Of a stretch of 64,000 nt of DNA, positions 37,584-47,351 are shown piece by piece. The notes under the pieces are model-generated. The model saw nothing but the letters and a program-made list of their open reading frames with translations, had not been told where the DNA came from and ran no database searches. This DNA is from a virus. How positions within the stretch are numbered: position 1 is the first letter of the stretch; every line of letters starts with the position of its first letter. The position numbers and the translations under genes are program-made. The DNA is taken from IMG/VR virus record IMGVR_UViG_3300044726_000013, positions 15,595-79,594 of that record, one strand, 5' to 3'.

Positions 37584-39191
37584 ATGGCCGATGATGTCCG
37601 CCTATTTACCACGCCCGGCGCGGGTAGCCTGAATGTCCCGGCTGGTGTCACGCAGGCCAAGGTTGAGGCGTGGGGCGCAGGTGGTGGCGGGCAGGTGGCC
37701 ACTGCGCAAGAGGGCGGTGGTGGCGGCGGCGGCTATTGCGCTAACACTGTAACGGTCACACCGGGCCAGTTACTCTATTGGACAGTTGGCGCTGGCGGCG
37801 CGCCGGGTGTCAATGGTGGCGAAAGCCATGTTGGTGACGCTTCTTTACAAGTAAATTGCAATATTTCCGTTGCGGGTTTTGGTGGCAACGCTGGCAATGC
37901 TGTCAATGCCGGTGGTGGCGTTAGTCTTGGGCGCGGCGCTTGGAACACTGGCGTCACTGGCAACAACGGTGGCATGGGCCTTGCGCCGCAAGGCGGTGGC
38001 GGCACGCGCGGTGGTTCTGGCGGTGGTGGTTGCGGCGGCCCGGCTGGCGTAGGTAGCCCCGGCGCTGCGGGTGCCAGCGGTGCCAGCGGTGCTGGCGGCG
38101 GGGGCAATGGCAACACAACGGCGGGCGGTACATCGTCAGCCTCTGGCGTGGCTGGCAAGGTTGGCGGCAGTGACATTGACGGCGGTGCCGGTGGCAGTGG
38201 TGGTGGCGGCGGCGCGGCGGGTACAGGCGGTGCCGGTGGCGTGCCGGGTGGTGGTGCGGGTGGTGGTGGTAGCAGCGCCAATGCAGGCACGGGCGCGCGC
38301 GGTCAGGTCCGCATCACGTTCTATGAGCCAGCGGCCCCGGTCAGCGTCACGGTCAGCGCCACGGGCGTGGCGGCCACGGGCGCGGTGGGCACGGTCACTG
38401 TCAGCACGCCTGCCCCAGCGGTCAACGTCACCGTGCCGGTCACGGGCGTTGAGGCCACGGGCGCGGCTGGCTATGCCAGCGTCAGTGCTGGCACGGGCGT
38501 AAGCACAGGCGTCACGGGCGTAGCGGGCACAGGCGCGGTCGGCTCTGTCACGGCCACAGGCAAGCAGAACATCAGCACCACGGTGAGCGGCGTTGCAGCG
38601 GCGGGCGCAGTGGGCACGCCTATCGTCACAGCCAAGAGCAGCGTCACCACGGTGGTGTCAGGCGTTGAGGCCACGGGTGCCGTGGGCACGGCCACGGCGG
38701 GCACCAGCACCAACGCCAACGTTGCCGTCACGGGCGTGGCGGCCACGGGCGCAGTGGGCACGGCCACGGCCAAGGTGAACGCCAGCGTTGCAGCCACGGG
38801 CGTGGCGGCCACCGGGGCGGCGGGCTCGGCCACGGCCACCGGCAAGCAGAACGTCAGCACGGTGGTGAGCGGCGTTCAGGCGGCGGGCGCGGTAGGCTCT
38901 GTGGGCGTTGCCGTGGGCGGCGCGGCCAGTGCTGCGGTGACCGGCGTTGAGGCCACGGGCGCGGTCGGCTCTGTCAGCGTCACCGCCAAGGTGAACGCCA
39001 GTGCCGTGGTGAGCGGTGTACAGGCGGCCGGTTCTGTTGGTACAGTGAACGTGTCAACCCCTGTCACCCCAACTGGTCTGATAGCTGTTTGGAATGGCAG
39101 TGCTTGGGTCGGTAAGCCAGCCAAAGTATGGACAGGGGCCGCGTGGGTGCAGAAACCAGTCAAAGTATGGAACGGGGGCGCGTGGGCATGA
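37584..39191 (+). CDS. Glycine-rich / Val-Thr-Gly repeat fibre or adhesin protein
   Basis: VEAWGAGGGG glycine-rich domain followed by about ten V(S/T)GVxAxGAVG repeats. Confidence 0.82.
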   Translation: MADDVRLFTTPGAGSLNVPAGVTQAKVEAWGAGGGGQVATAQEGGGGGGGYCANTVTVTPGQLLYWTVGAGGAPGVNGGESHVGDASLQVNCNISVAGFGGNAGNAVNAGGGVSLGRGAWNTGVTGNNGGMGLAPQGGGGTRGGSGGGGCGGPAGVGSPGAAGASGASGAGGGGNGNTTAGGTSSASGVAGKVGGSDIDGGAGGSGGGGGAAGTGGAGGVPGGGAGGGGSSANAGTGARGQVRITFYEPAAPVSVTVSATGVAATGAVGTVTVSTPAPAVNVTVPVTGVEATGAAGYASVSAGTGVSTGVTGVAGTGAVGSVTATGKQNISTTVSGVAAAGAVGTPIVTAKSSVTTVVSGVEATGAVGTATAGTSTNANVAVTGVAATGAVGTATAKVNASVAATGVAATGAAGSATATGKQNVSTVVSGVQAAGAVGSVGVAVGGAASAAVTGVEATGAVGSVSVTAKVNASAVVSGVQAAGSVGTVNVSTPVTPTGLIAVWNGSAWVGKPAKVWTGAAWVQKPVKVWNGGAWA

Positions 39192-42100
39192 ATGGCCTTT
39201 GATTTCCCAACTAGCCCCGCTGAAAATCAGGAGTTCACGCCGCCCGGTGGCGTGACCTACATCTACAAGACCCCGCGCTGGCAGGTGAAGCCGCCCACCA
39301 ACGGCTCAGGCTCAGCACTTGATGCTGATCTACTGGACGGTCAGCACGGCAGTTACTATCTCAGCTACCTCAACCAGACGAACAAGCCGTCAGGGTATCC
39401 CCCGGCTACGCACACGCATGTTATAGGGGACATCACCAACCTTCAGATAAGCCTTGACGCCAAGGCACCGTTGGCCAGCCCCACCTTCAACGGCAAGGCT
39501 ACCACGGCGGCCAGCGCGGCCGGGGGCGCGGGCTTTGCCGTGCTGCCGGGCGCAGCACCCAGTGCGCCGGTCAACGGTGACATCTGGCTGACCACGCTTG
39601 GCCTGTACGTGCGCACCAATGGCGCAACCATGGGGCCGCTGGGGGTCGGTGGTGAGCCAGCCATAGCCTTGGGCACCGCTGCCCAGTACTGGCGCGGTGA
39701 CAAGAACTGGGCCACGCTTGACAAGGCGGCGGTCGGCCTTGGTAACGTTGACAATACTACCGACCTGAACAAGCCGCTCAGCACAGCCACCACCAGCGCC
39801 CTGAGTGGCAAGGAAAATACCATTGCCGGGGGCACCGGCACTCAGTACTGGACTGGCTTGAAGGCGTGGGCCACGCTTGACAAGGCCGCAGTGGGCCTTG
39901 GCAACGTTGATAACGTCAGTGACGCCAACAAGGCCATTAGCACGGCTACCCAGACGGCGCTGAACCTCAAGGCCACCTTGGCGGACCCCACCTTCACGGG
40001 TGACCCCAAGGCACCTACGCCGCTCACGGCTGATAACGACACCAGCATAGCCACCACGGCCTTTGTGCAGGCCAACATGGCGCTGAAGGCCAACGCCACG
40101 CACACGCATACCATTACCGATATCACCAGCCTGCAAACCAGTTTGGATGCCAAGGCCCCGCTGGCCAACCCCAGCTTCACCGGCAAGGTGACCACCCAGC
40201 TTAGCAGCACCACGGCGGCGGGCCTGATATTGCCCCATGGCGCGGCCCCCAGCGCGCCGGTCAACGGTGATATCTGGACCACTACCGTTGGCCTGTACGC
40301 GCGCATCAACGGCAGCACGGTTGGTCCCTACGGCGGCACGGGCAGCTTTGAGCCTATCATTGCGGGTGGCTTGGGCTCTCAATACTGGACCGGCCTGAAG
40401 ACGTGGGCAACGCTGGACAAGGCGGCTGTTGGCCTAGCGAATGTAGACAATATCAGTGACGCCAACAAGCCGGTCAGCACCGCCCAGCAAACCGCCCTGA
40501 ATGGTAAGGAAAACACCATTGCCGGTGGCACCAGTGCGCAGTATTGGACTGGCCTGAAGGCATGGGCAACGCTTGACAAGGCTGCGGTCGGCCTTGGTAA
40601 TGTTGAGAACACCACTGACCTGAACAAGCCGGTCAGCACGGCCACCACTACAGCGCTCAACCTGAAGGAAAACACGGCCAGCAAGAACGCCCTGAACGGC
40701 TACGCGGGCCTTGATGGCACTGGCAAGATACCAAGCACCCTGTTGCCAGCCTATGTTGACGACGTTATTGAGGTAGCGAACTATAGTTCACTGCCCTCTA
40801 CCGGCAGTACTGGCATCATCTATGTCACGCTGGATAACAACAAGACTTACCGCTGGTCAGGTCTGGCTTACGTTGAGATTTCATCCAGCCCCGGCAGCAC
40901 TGACGCGGTGCCTGAGGGCAGCATCAACCTGTACTTCACGGCTGCGCGGTCAATGGCCAACAGCCCGGTGCAGAGCGTGGCCACGCGCACGGGCGCGGTG
41001 GTCCTCACCAGCACAGATGTGGGCCTTGGCAACGTCACCAACACCAGCGACGCCAACAAGCCGGTCAGCACGGCACAGCAGACCGCCCTGAACCTGAAGG
41101 CCAACATTGCCAGCCCCACCTTCACGGGCAAGACCACCACCCAGCTTAGCAGCACGACCGAGGCCGGTCTGGCGCTACCTCACGGCGTTGCGCCCAGTGC
41201 CCCGGTCAACGGTGACATCTGGACGACCACAGTGGGGCTCTACGCCCGCATCAACGGCCAGACCGTTGGCCCCTATGGCGGCTCAGGCAGCTTTGAGCCC
41301 ATCATAGCGGGTGGCACTGCCGCCCAGTACTGGACCGGCCTGAAGACGTGGGCAACGCTTGACAAGGCCGCCGTAGGCTTGGCGAATGTGGATAACATTG
41401 CTGACGCCAACAAGCCGGTCAGCACTGCGCAGGCGGCGGCTGACGCGCTGCGCGTGCTGAAGGCCGGTGACACCATGTCAGGCGGCCTTAACTTTGGCAC
41501 CGCAGCGGCGGCGTCTGCCCAAGACCTGACCCGGCATCTGGCCCTGTACAGCACCACCTACGGGTGGAACGTCACGGCAAGCAGCCTCAACCACGTCACC
41601 AACACCGGGGCGGCCCACAATTTCTACGCGGGCGTCACGCTTGTGGGTACGCTTGGGCCCACCGTTGCCAATCTGCCGCTGGGCCTCACCACGTTGGCCC
41701 CCGCCGCCAATGACAGCACCACACGCGTGCCCACCACGGCGTGGGTGCAGGCTGAGATTGCCTCTGACATCACGGGCAAGGAAAACACCATTGCTGGCGG
41801 CACCAGCGGCCAGTATTGGACCGGCCTGAAGACGTGGGCGGCGCTTGACAAGACTGCCGTTGGTCTAGCGAACGTTGACAACACCACTGACGCCAACAAG
41901 CCCATCAGCACGGCCACCGCCACCGCCCTGAGCGGCAAGGAACCCACCATTGCAGGCGGCACCGTTGCCCAATACTGGCGCGGTGACAAGTCATGGCAGA
42001 ACCTGCCAGCGGGCGGAGAGCCGCCCATAGCATTGGGCACCACGCTGCAATACTGGCGCGGTGACAAGTCATGGCAAACACTGGACAAGACTGCGGTTGG

Positions 42101-43844
42101 CCTCGCTAACGTTGACAATACTTCTGATGTCAACAAGCCGGTCAGCACGGCGCAGGCGGCGGCTGACGCGCTGAAGCTGGCGCTGGCTGGCGGCACCATG
42201 AGCGGCATGCTCAGGATAAACACGGTAGATGGCGTCACCAGCCTGTTGCTGTCAGGCACCAGCAAGGGTATTCGGTTTGTACCCAGCGCCAGCTATTTTG
42301 CCATTGAGGGCGTGGATTACACGGGCGTGGGCTCATACCAGCCGCTGCGGTTGTACGGCACGGCCATCATTCTGGCAGCGGCCACCAGCGTACCAGCCAG
42401 CACCGCTACCGTGGCTGGCTTCAACACAGCCCATGGCGTTGCGCCCACCGCCCCGGTCAACGGGGATTTCTGGTCAACCACGACGGGCTTCTATGGGCGC
42501 GTCAACGGCGTCACCAAGGGTCCCTTTACGGATGACGCTGCTGTCACCGCTGCCGTAGCTACCAAGGAACCCGCCATTGCCATGGGCACCACCGCCCAGT
42601 ATTGGCGCGGTGACAAGTCTTGGCAGACGCTGGACAAGGCTGCGGTTGGCCTTGATCAGGTTGACAACACCAGCGATGCCAACAAGCCCGTCAGCAATGC
42701 CACCAGCGTTGCCCTGAACCTGAAGGCCAATCTGGCCAGCCCTGCGCTCACGGGCGTGCCTACAGCGCCAACGGCGGCAACAGGCACCAACACCACGCAA
42801 CTGGCCACCACGGCGTATGTGATGGCCCTCACAGGCACACCGCCAGTTGACGGGTCACCCGCTGACGGCACCACCGGCCTGAACACGATGATTGCGCCCG
42901 GCTGGTGGCAGAAACTGGTGGGGCCCAACAACACCAACAACCCTGCACCGGGTACTTACTGGTGGATACTGACCCTAGTCTACGTGCCCAATTACTATAC
43001 CCAGTACGCTTATCCCTATTACAGCAATGACGGCTTCGGCTTACTGCATCGTAGCTGCAACAACGGTGTCTGGGGGCCGTGGTCAGGTGAGGTGTCACCC
43101 GGCACGGTGGCGCATCTGGCCAGAGCAACAGCACCTGTTGGCTGGCTGAAGGCCAACGGCGCAGCCGTCAACCGCACCACCTACGCGGCGTTGTTTGCGG
43201 CCATAGGCACGGTCTATGGCGCGGGTGACGGCACCACCACCTTTTTGCTGCCCGACCTGCGCGGTGAGTTCATACGCGGCTTTGACGATGCCAGAGGCAT
43301 TGACAGCGGGCGCGCGTTCAACAGCGTCGTGCAGCTAGGCGGCGTTGAGAGCCACACCCACCCTATACTCGCTATTGCCACTGGCGGGCGGTCAGCGGGG
43401 CATACGCACACCACCGCCGTGTCTGGCACCACTGGCGGCGTCAGCGCCAACCACACGCACAGCTTCTCAGACACCAGCAGCGCCACCGGCAACGCCAGCG
43501 CCAACCACACACACGAACCATCCACCGTAGCCAATAGCTTCGCTACCAATCTGCCTACGGCTGGCACTGGCATAGCGATCACATCCAGTTCTTTTGCTAC
43601 GGCGTCTGTGGCTACGACCAGCGCATCTGGCGCGGCGCACACCCACACGGTAGCGGTGTCAGGCACGTCTGGCGGCAACAGCGTTGGCCACACGCACACC
43701 TTTGCTGACAATGCGTCAAGCAGCGGCACTGAGAGTGTAGACCACACCCACACCACACCGGCCACCAACACCGTAGCCAACACCGGGGGCATCACTGAGA
43801 CGCGCCCGCGCAACCTTGCTATGCTTGCATGCATCAAGTACTGA
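39192..43844 (+). CDS. Long fibre protein with a C-terminal tail-collar domain and HxH needle tip
   Basis: Repeats of QYWxGxKxWxxLDKxAVGLxNVDNxxDxNKPVSTA and APSAPVNGDIW; collar GWLKANGAAVNRTTYAALF...PDLRGEFIRG; terminal ETRPRNLAMLACIKY. Confidence 0.92.
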   Translation: MAFDFPTSPAENQEFTPPGGVTYIYKTPRWQVKPPTNGSGSALDADLLDGQHGSYYLSYLNQTNKPSGYPPATHTHVIGDITNLQISLDAKAPLASPTFNGKATTAASAAGGAGFAVLPGAAPSAPVNGDIWLTTLGLYVRTNGATMGPLGVGGEPAIALGTAAQYWRGDKNWATLDKAAVGLGNVDNTTDLNKPLSTATTSALSGKENTIAGGTGTQYWTGLKAWATLDKAAVGLGNVDNVSDANKAISTATQTALNLKATLADPTFTGDPKAPTPLTADNDTSIATTAFVQANMALKANATHTHTITDITSLQTSLDAKAPLANPSFTGKVTTQLSSTTAAGLILPHGAAPSAPVNGDIWTTTVGLYARINGSTVGPYGGTGSFEPIIAGGLGSQYWTGLKTWATLDKAAVGLANVDNISDANKPVSTAQQTALNGKENTIAGGTSAQYWTGLKAWATLDKAAVGLGNVENTTDLNKPVSTATTTALNLKENTASKNALNGYAGLDGTGKIPSTLLPAYVDDVIEVANYSSLPSTGSTGIIYVTLDNNKTYRWSGLAYVEISSSPGSTDAVPEGSINLYFTAARSMANSPVQSVATRTGAVVLTSTDVGLGNVTNTSDANKPVSTAQQTALNLKANIASPTFTGKTTTQLSSTTEAGLALPHGVAPSAPVNGDIWTTTVGLYARINGQTVGPYGGSGSFEPIIAGGTAAQYWTGLKTWATLDKAAVGLANVDNIADANKPVSTAQAAADALRVLKAGDTMSGGLNFGTAAAASAQDLTRHLALYSTTYGWNVTASSLNHVTNTGAAHNFYAGVTLVGTLGPTVANLPLGLTTLAPAANDSTTRVPTTAWVQAEIASDITGKENTIAGGTSGQYWTGLKTWAALDKTAVGLANVDNTTDANKPISTATATALSGKEPTIAGGTVAQYWRGDKSWQNLPAGGEPPIALGTTLQYWRGDKSWQTLDKTAVGLANVDNTSDVNKPVSTAQAAADALKLALAGGTMSGMLRINTVDGVTSLLLSGTSKGIRFVPSASYFAIEGVDYTGVGSYQPLRLYGTAIILAAATSVPASTATVAGFNTAHGVAPTAPVNGDFWSTTTGFYGRVNGVTKGPFTDDAAVTAAVATKEPAIAMGTTAQYWRGDKSWQTLDKAAVGLDQVDNTSDANKPVSNATSVALNLKANLASPALTGVPTAPTAATGTNTTQLATTAYVMALTGTPPVDGSPADGTTGLNTMIAPGWWQKLVGPNNTNNPAPGTYWWILTLVYVPNYYTQYAYPYYSNDGFGLLHRSCNNGVWGPWSGEVSPGTVAHLARATAPVGWLKANGAAVNRTTYAALFAAIGTVYGAGDGTTTFLLPDLRGEFIRGFDDARGIDSGRAFNSVVQLGGVESHTHPILAIATGGRSAGHTHTTAVSGTTGGVSANHTHSFSDTSSATGNASANHTHEPSTVANSFATNLPTAGTGIAITSSSFATASVATTSASGAAHTHTVAVSGTSGGNSVGHTHTFADNASSSGTESVDHTHTTPATNTVANTGGITETRPRNLAMLACIKY

Positions 43845-43854
43845 GGGAACTGAC

Positions 43855-44175
43855 ATGGCCAACCCCCCAATTGTTTATCACTACCACCACACCACGGGCG
43901 TTTATCTCAACGCCAGCAGTGAAGCCGACCCTGACCCCATGGATGAGGGCAAATGGCTCTACCCGGCTGACACCACCACCAAGGTGCCGCCCAACGTACC
44001 CAACCCCAAGACGCAGCACGCGGTGTTTGCAGACGGGGCGTGGGCAGTACAAACCATACCGCCACCACCAAAACCAACGCATGCCGAGAACGTTGCCAAC
44101 GCGCCCAAGAACCGGCTAGTACGCGGGCCGCAAATTTCTGACGTTCTGACGGGTCAAACCGTAGATAGGGGATAA
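43855..44175 (+). CDS. Tail fibre assembly (Tfa-like) protein
   Basis: VYHYHHTTGVYL...ADPDP...WLYPADTTTKVPP...AVFADGAW, directly after the fibre gene. Confidence 0.75.
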   Translation: MANPPIVYHYHHTTGVYLNASSEADPDPMDEGKWLYPADTTTKVPPNVPNPKTQHAVFADGAWAVQTIPPPPKPTHAENVANAPKNRLVRGPQISDVLTGQTVDRG

Positions 44176-44178
44176 ACC

Positions 44179-44523
44179 ATGACAAGTCTTAATATCGTGC
44201 AGGCCGCTTCTGACCCTGACTTCTACACAAGGGTGAGTTTCCTTGCCGTGAAGACGGCGCAGAACGTGGCATCTGAAGACCCCGGCGCGGCCAATCACCT
44301 TGCCCGCGTGGACTATGCCAACCGGGTGTTCAGGGGCGATGACAATGCGGCGCTTCTGGCGCAGCACGTGGCCACCAACCCGGCCATAGGTGCGGCGCTT
44401 GAGGCCGGTGCCACCGTGCCAGACGGCGACATTGAGTTTGCGCTGGCCAGCATCTGGGATGCCCGCGCCACCGCCTTCTACGTGCCGCCACGCGAGCCGA
44501 CACCCGCAGCCACCGCTGAGTAA
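44179..44523 (+). CDS. Hypothetical fibre-associated protein
   Basis: Packed ORF ending DGDIEFALASIW. Confidence 0.65.
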   Translation: MTSLNIVQAASDPDFYTRVSFLAVKTAQNVASEDPGAANHLARVDYANRVFRGDDNAALLAQHVATNPAIGAALEAGATVPDGDIEFALASIWDARATAFYVPPREPTPAATAE

Positions 44524-44529
44524 ACTGCC

Positions 44530-47124
44530 ATGGCCAAGCGTCTGGGCAAGAAGCTGCATATGAGCCGTGGGGCAACCCACGCCCGCATGCAGTTTCAGGA
44601 AGCCAAGCACAAGCGTGATGTCAGCGGCAAGTTTGCTGACATGCCGGGCAGCGTTGTGCCGGGCCTTGACGGCAACGTTGCTGACATAGCGCCCGCAATG
44701 CAGCCAGCCACCAAGGCTGACTGGATGGCAGGTGCCAAGACCAGCAAGGTGACGGGTGATGACCTGATCAAGCTGCACGTCACCAGCAACCCCAAGAAGG
44801 CGGGCAGCGCGGCGGCTGAGCGCTTTGCCAAATACACCGACGGCATGAGCGTGGCTGACTACCGCAAGGCCGGGGGCACCGCTGAAGACTTGGCTTGGGA
44901 CCGCAAGCGCGGCTTTGTCAGCTTTCACACGCCAGACACCTACCACAGCATCAGCACCAACGGGGCCTCCCCGGTCAGTCAGATCAACCACCAGACCGCC
45001 ACTGGGCGGCTGGCCAACATCAAGGCGCAGGCTGAGGCCAAGGCAGGCGTGACCACTGAGGCGGTGAAGCCACCCCCACCTGACGTGCCCATGAAGGCGT
45101 CTGGTGAGCCGCCTGAGCCACCGCCGCCGCCCAAGCCGGTAGAAGCGGCCCCTAAACCCGCCGCTGCGGCCCCAGCCAGCCCCGCCAGCGCGTCTGCGGC
45201 CCCCAAGGCACCTGAGACACCCGCCGCGCCCAAACCCGCGCCCACGGGCACGCCTGAGGCCGCTGTGGTGGCCAAGCCGCCTGAGGTGGGCGTGGTTGAG
45301 CCTGCGGCAGCCCCCAAGATTGAGCCAAGCACCAAGGTTGGCTTCTACAAGAAGGGGGTGACGCCGGATGAGACAACCACGCTGAACGGCGTTGAGTTGA
45401 AGCCGTGGACCCCGCCCAAAGACAATGCGGGCTGGGCCAAGGTTGACGGGCAGAACCCAGATATCGGTGAGACACCGCTGAATGCCAAGGGCAAGCGGCC
45501 GGGCGCTGGCGTGCTGATCACTGAGCCTGACGGCAGGGTTTGGCTGGTCAAGCCCACCAAGGGTTATGGCGGCTATGAGTACACATTCCCCAAGGGTGGC
45601 CAAGACCCCGGTGAGGGCCTGTCACTGCAAGCCACCGCCATCAAGGAAGCGTATGAAGAAAGCGGCCTGAAGGTGCGCATCACTGGCGTGGCCGGTGACT
45701 TTGAGGGTGACACCAGCGTGGCGCGCTACTACCACGCGGTGCGTGAGGACGGTAGGCCCGCAGATCATGGCTGGGAGAGTGAAGCCGTTGTGCTGGTGCC
45801 CAAGGACCAGCTTGACCTGTACTTGAACAAGAGCCGTGACAAGAGCATTGCCACACAGCACCTGAAGCCTGAGCCCAAGCCCGCTGGCGCGCCGCCTGCC
45901 GCGCCTGCGCCCAAGCCTGCTGAAGGCCCAACCGTGGCACCCAGCGGTCTACCGCCGCAGATGCCCAATGACCACCGCTTCAAGATTGAAGACGTGGTGG
46001 ACATGCCCGCCCACAAGATGGTTGATGAGGGTGACGCGGGTCTGGAGTGGGAGTACAAGAAAGAATATCACCAGTACGGTGGCGATAACTGGGTCAAGAG
46101 CGTGGGCGGCACCCGCATCACAGACCAAGCTGACTTCAACAAGAAGTATAAGGATGCCCCGCTCACTTATCTGACCAATGATCAATACGATAACCTTGGC
46201 TACACCAGCGTCAACACCAAGAAGTTGCCCACGTTCAACGAGATTGCGCCGGGCCTGATACAGCGCAACCGTGACCCCAAGGCTATCAGGGACCGCATGT
46301 TCAACGGTGTGACCACGCCGCCTATTGTGCTGAAGCACGGCAACACCTACCGCCTGATGGCAGGCCAGAGCCGCATTTGGACCGGCCTGTCTGCGGGCAT
46401 CAGGGTGCCGGTCAAGGTCATAGACGTGACGCCCGGTGCAGCCAAGCCAGTGGTGGGCAAGGGCAAGTTCACTGAGGCTGACATTGTGGGTGACAAGGTA
46501 GTCACTTCAATGTTCAGGGAAAAATTCACCACCCGCATGAACAAGCTGCCTGAGAAGTTTGTCAGTGCGGCCATAAAGGATGGTAAGCCTCACCTCTACG
46601 GCAGCTACAAAGGTGCCACAGACGCACCGCACATGAAGATGAGCGGCACGTCAAAGGCCCCGGTGGCTTATTATGCCATCAAGGAAAAGCACACAGCCTT
46701 CTTTGAAGACATGAACAGCAAGTCGGGCAAGGCTCTGAAGGGCAATGGCTACACTGACGCGGAGGTAGAGGAATATCACTTGGGCAACATTGCCCATGAA
46801 CTGGGCCATCAAATGGATTATATCAACCGCACCAAGGTGCCGGGTAAATTTCAGATGACGGGTGGGTCAAAAGACCCTGAGTTCATGACCAAGGCTGAGA
46901 AGATACGGAAGAGATATGTCACAACGCCCAACCAGACCGATCAAGAGAAGTGGGCCACCTATTTCACGTCTGATCAAGAGATGTGGGCGGCGGGCACCGA
47001 GGTGGTGATGATGGGCGGGCGCAGGGGCGTCAGCAGCAAGAACAGCTTGCTGGGCAAATTGATGCATGAAGAGGGCTTGGTTGATTGGATGACTGCCCAT
47101 TACAAGAGTAGGGGTGCGCTGTGA
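44530..47124 (+). CDS. Multidomain putative virion effector: HKRDxxGKF motif, NPK domain, Nudix hydrolase, ParB-like segment and zincin HExxH domain
   Basis: KHKRDVSGKF; NPKKAGSAAAERFAKYTDGMSV; FPKGGQDPGE...KEAYEESGL; PPIVLKHGNTYRLMAGQSR; IAHELGHQMD...QEMWA. Confidence 0.8.
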   Translation: MAKRLGKKLHMSRGATHARMQFQEAKHKRDVSGKFADMPGSVVPGLDGNVADIAPAMQPATKADWMAGAKTSKVTGDDLIKLHVTSNPKKAGSAAAERFAKYTDGMSVADYRKAGGTAEDLAWDRKRGFVSFHTPDTYHSISTNGASPVSQINHQTATGRLANIKAQAEAKAGVTTEAVKPPPPDVPMKASGEPPEPPPPPKPVEAAPKPAAAAPASPASASAAPKAPETPAAPKPAPTGTPEAAVVAKPPEVGVVEPAAAPKIEPSTKVGFYKKGVTPDETTTLNGVELKPWTPPKDNAGWAKVDGQNPDIGETPLNAKGKRPGAGVLITEPDGRVWLVKPTKGYGGYEYTFPKGGQDPGEGLSLQATAIKEAYEESGLKVRITGVAGDFEGDTSVARYYHAVREDGRPADHGWESEAVVLVPKDQLDLYLNKSRDKSIATQHLKPEPKPAGAPPAAPAPKPAEGPTVAPSGLPPQMPNDHRFKIEDVVDMPAHKMVDEGDAGLEWEYKKEYHQYGGDNWVKSVGGTRITDQADFNKKYKDAPLTYLTNDQYDNLGYTSVNTKKLPTFNEIAPGLIQRNRDPKAIRDRMFNGVTTPPIVLKHGNTYRLMAGQSRIWTGLSAGIRVPVKVIDVTPGAAKPVVGKGKFTEADIVGDKVVTSMFREKFTTRMNKLPEKFVSAAIKDGKPHLYGSYKGATDAPHMKMSGTSKAPVAYYAIKEKHTAFFEDMNSKSGKALKGNGYTDAEVEEYHLGNIAHELGHQMDYINRTKVPGKFQMTGGSKDPEFMTKAEKIRKRYVTTPNQTDQEKWATYFTSDQEMWAAGTEVVMMGGRRGVSSKNSLLGKLMHEEGLVDWMTAHYKSRGAL

Positions 47125-47351
47125 CAACGTTTGTGCATGTGATCAGCCTGACTGCAACGCTGTACCCGGTGCTGACCCAGAATGAAAACATTCTGGGCGA
47201 CGGTGAGATGACGCGTGATGAATTGGAGGCCATGCTGCCTGAGGGTGAGCGGCTGAGTGAGGGGCATTACGAAATCAGTGATGACGGCGTGGCCCGGTGG
47301 GTGGGCTTTGATCTGCCGCCACCCGCTGATGAGGCGGATGAGGCGTTCTGA
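47121..47351 (+). CDS. Small acidic protein
   Basis: GTGA/TGATG overlaps with both large neighbours. Confidence 0.6.
   Translation: MTTFVHVISLTATLYPVLTQNENILGDGEMTRDELEAMLPEGERLSEGHYEISDDGVARWVGFDLPPPADEADEAF

Noticed and set aside
39660-42730. Regularly recurring DNA repeats that might suggest a CRISPR array or a DGR template/variable repeat pair
   Set aside because: They are in-frame, degenerate at third codon positions and encode fibre repeats. There are no unique spacers, cas genes or reverse transcriptase in the window.
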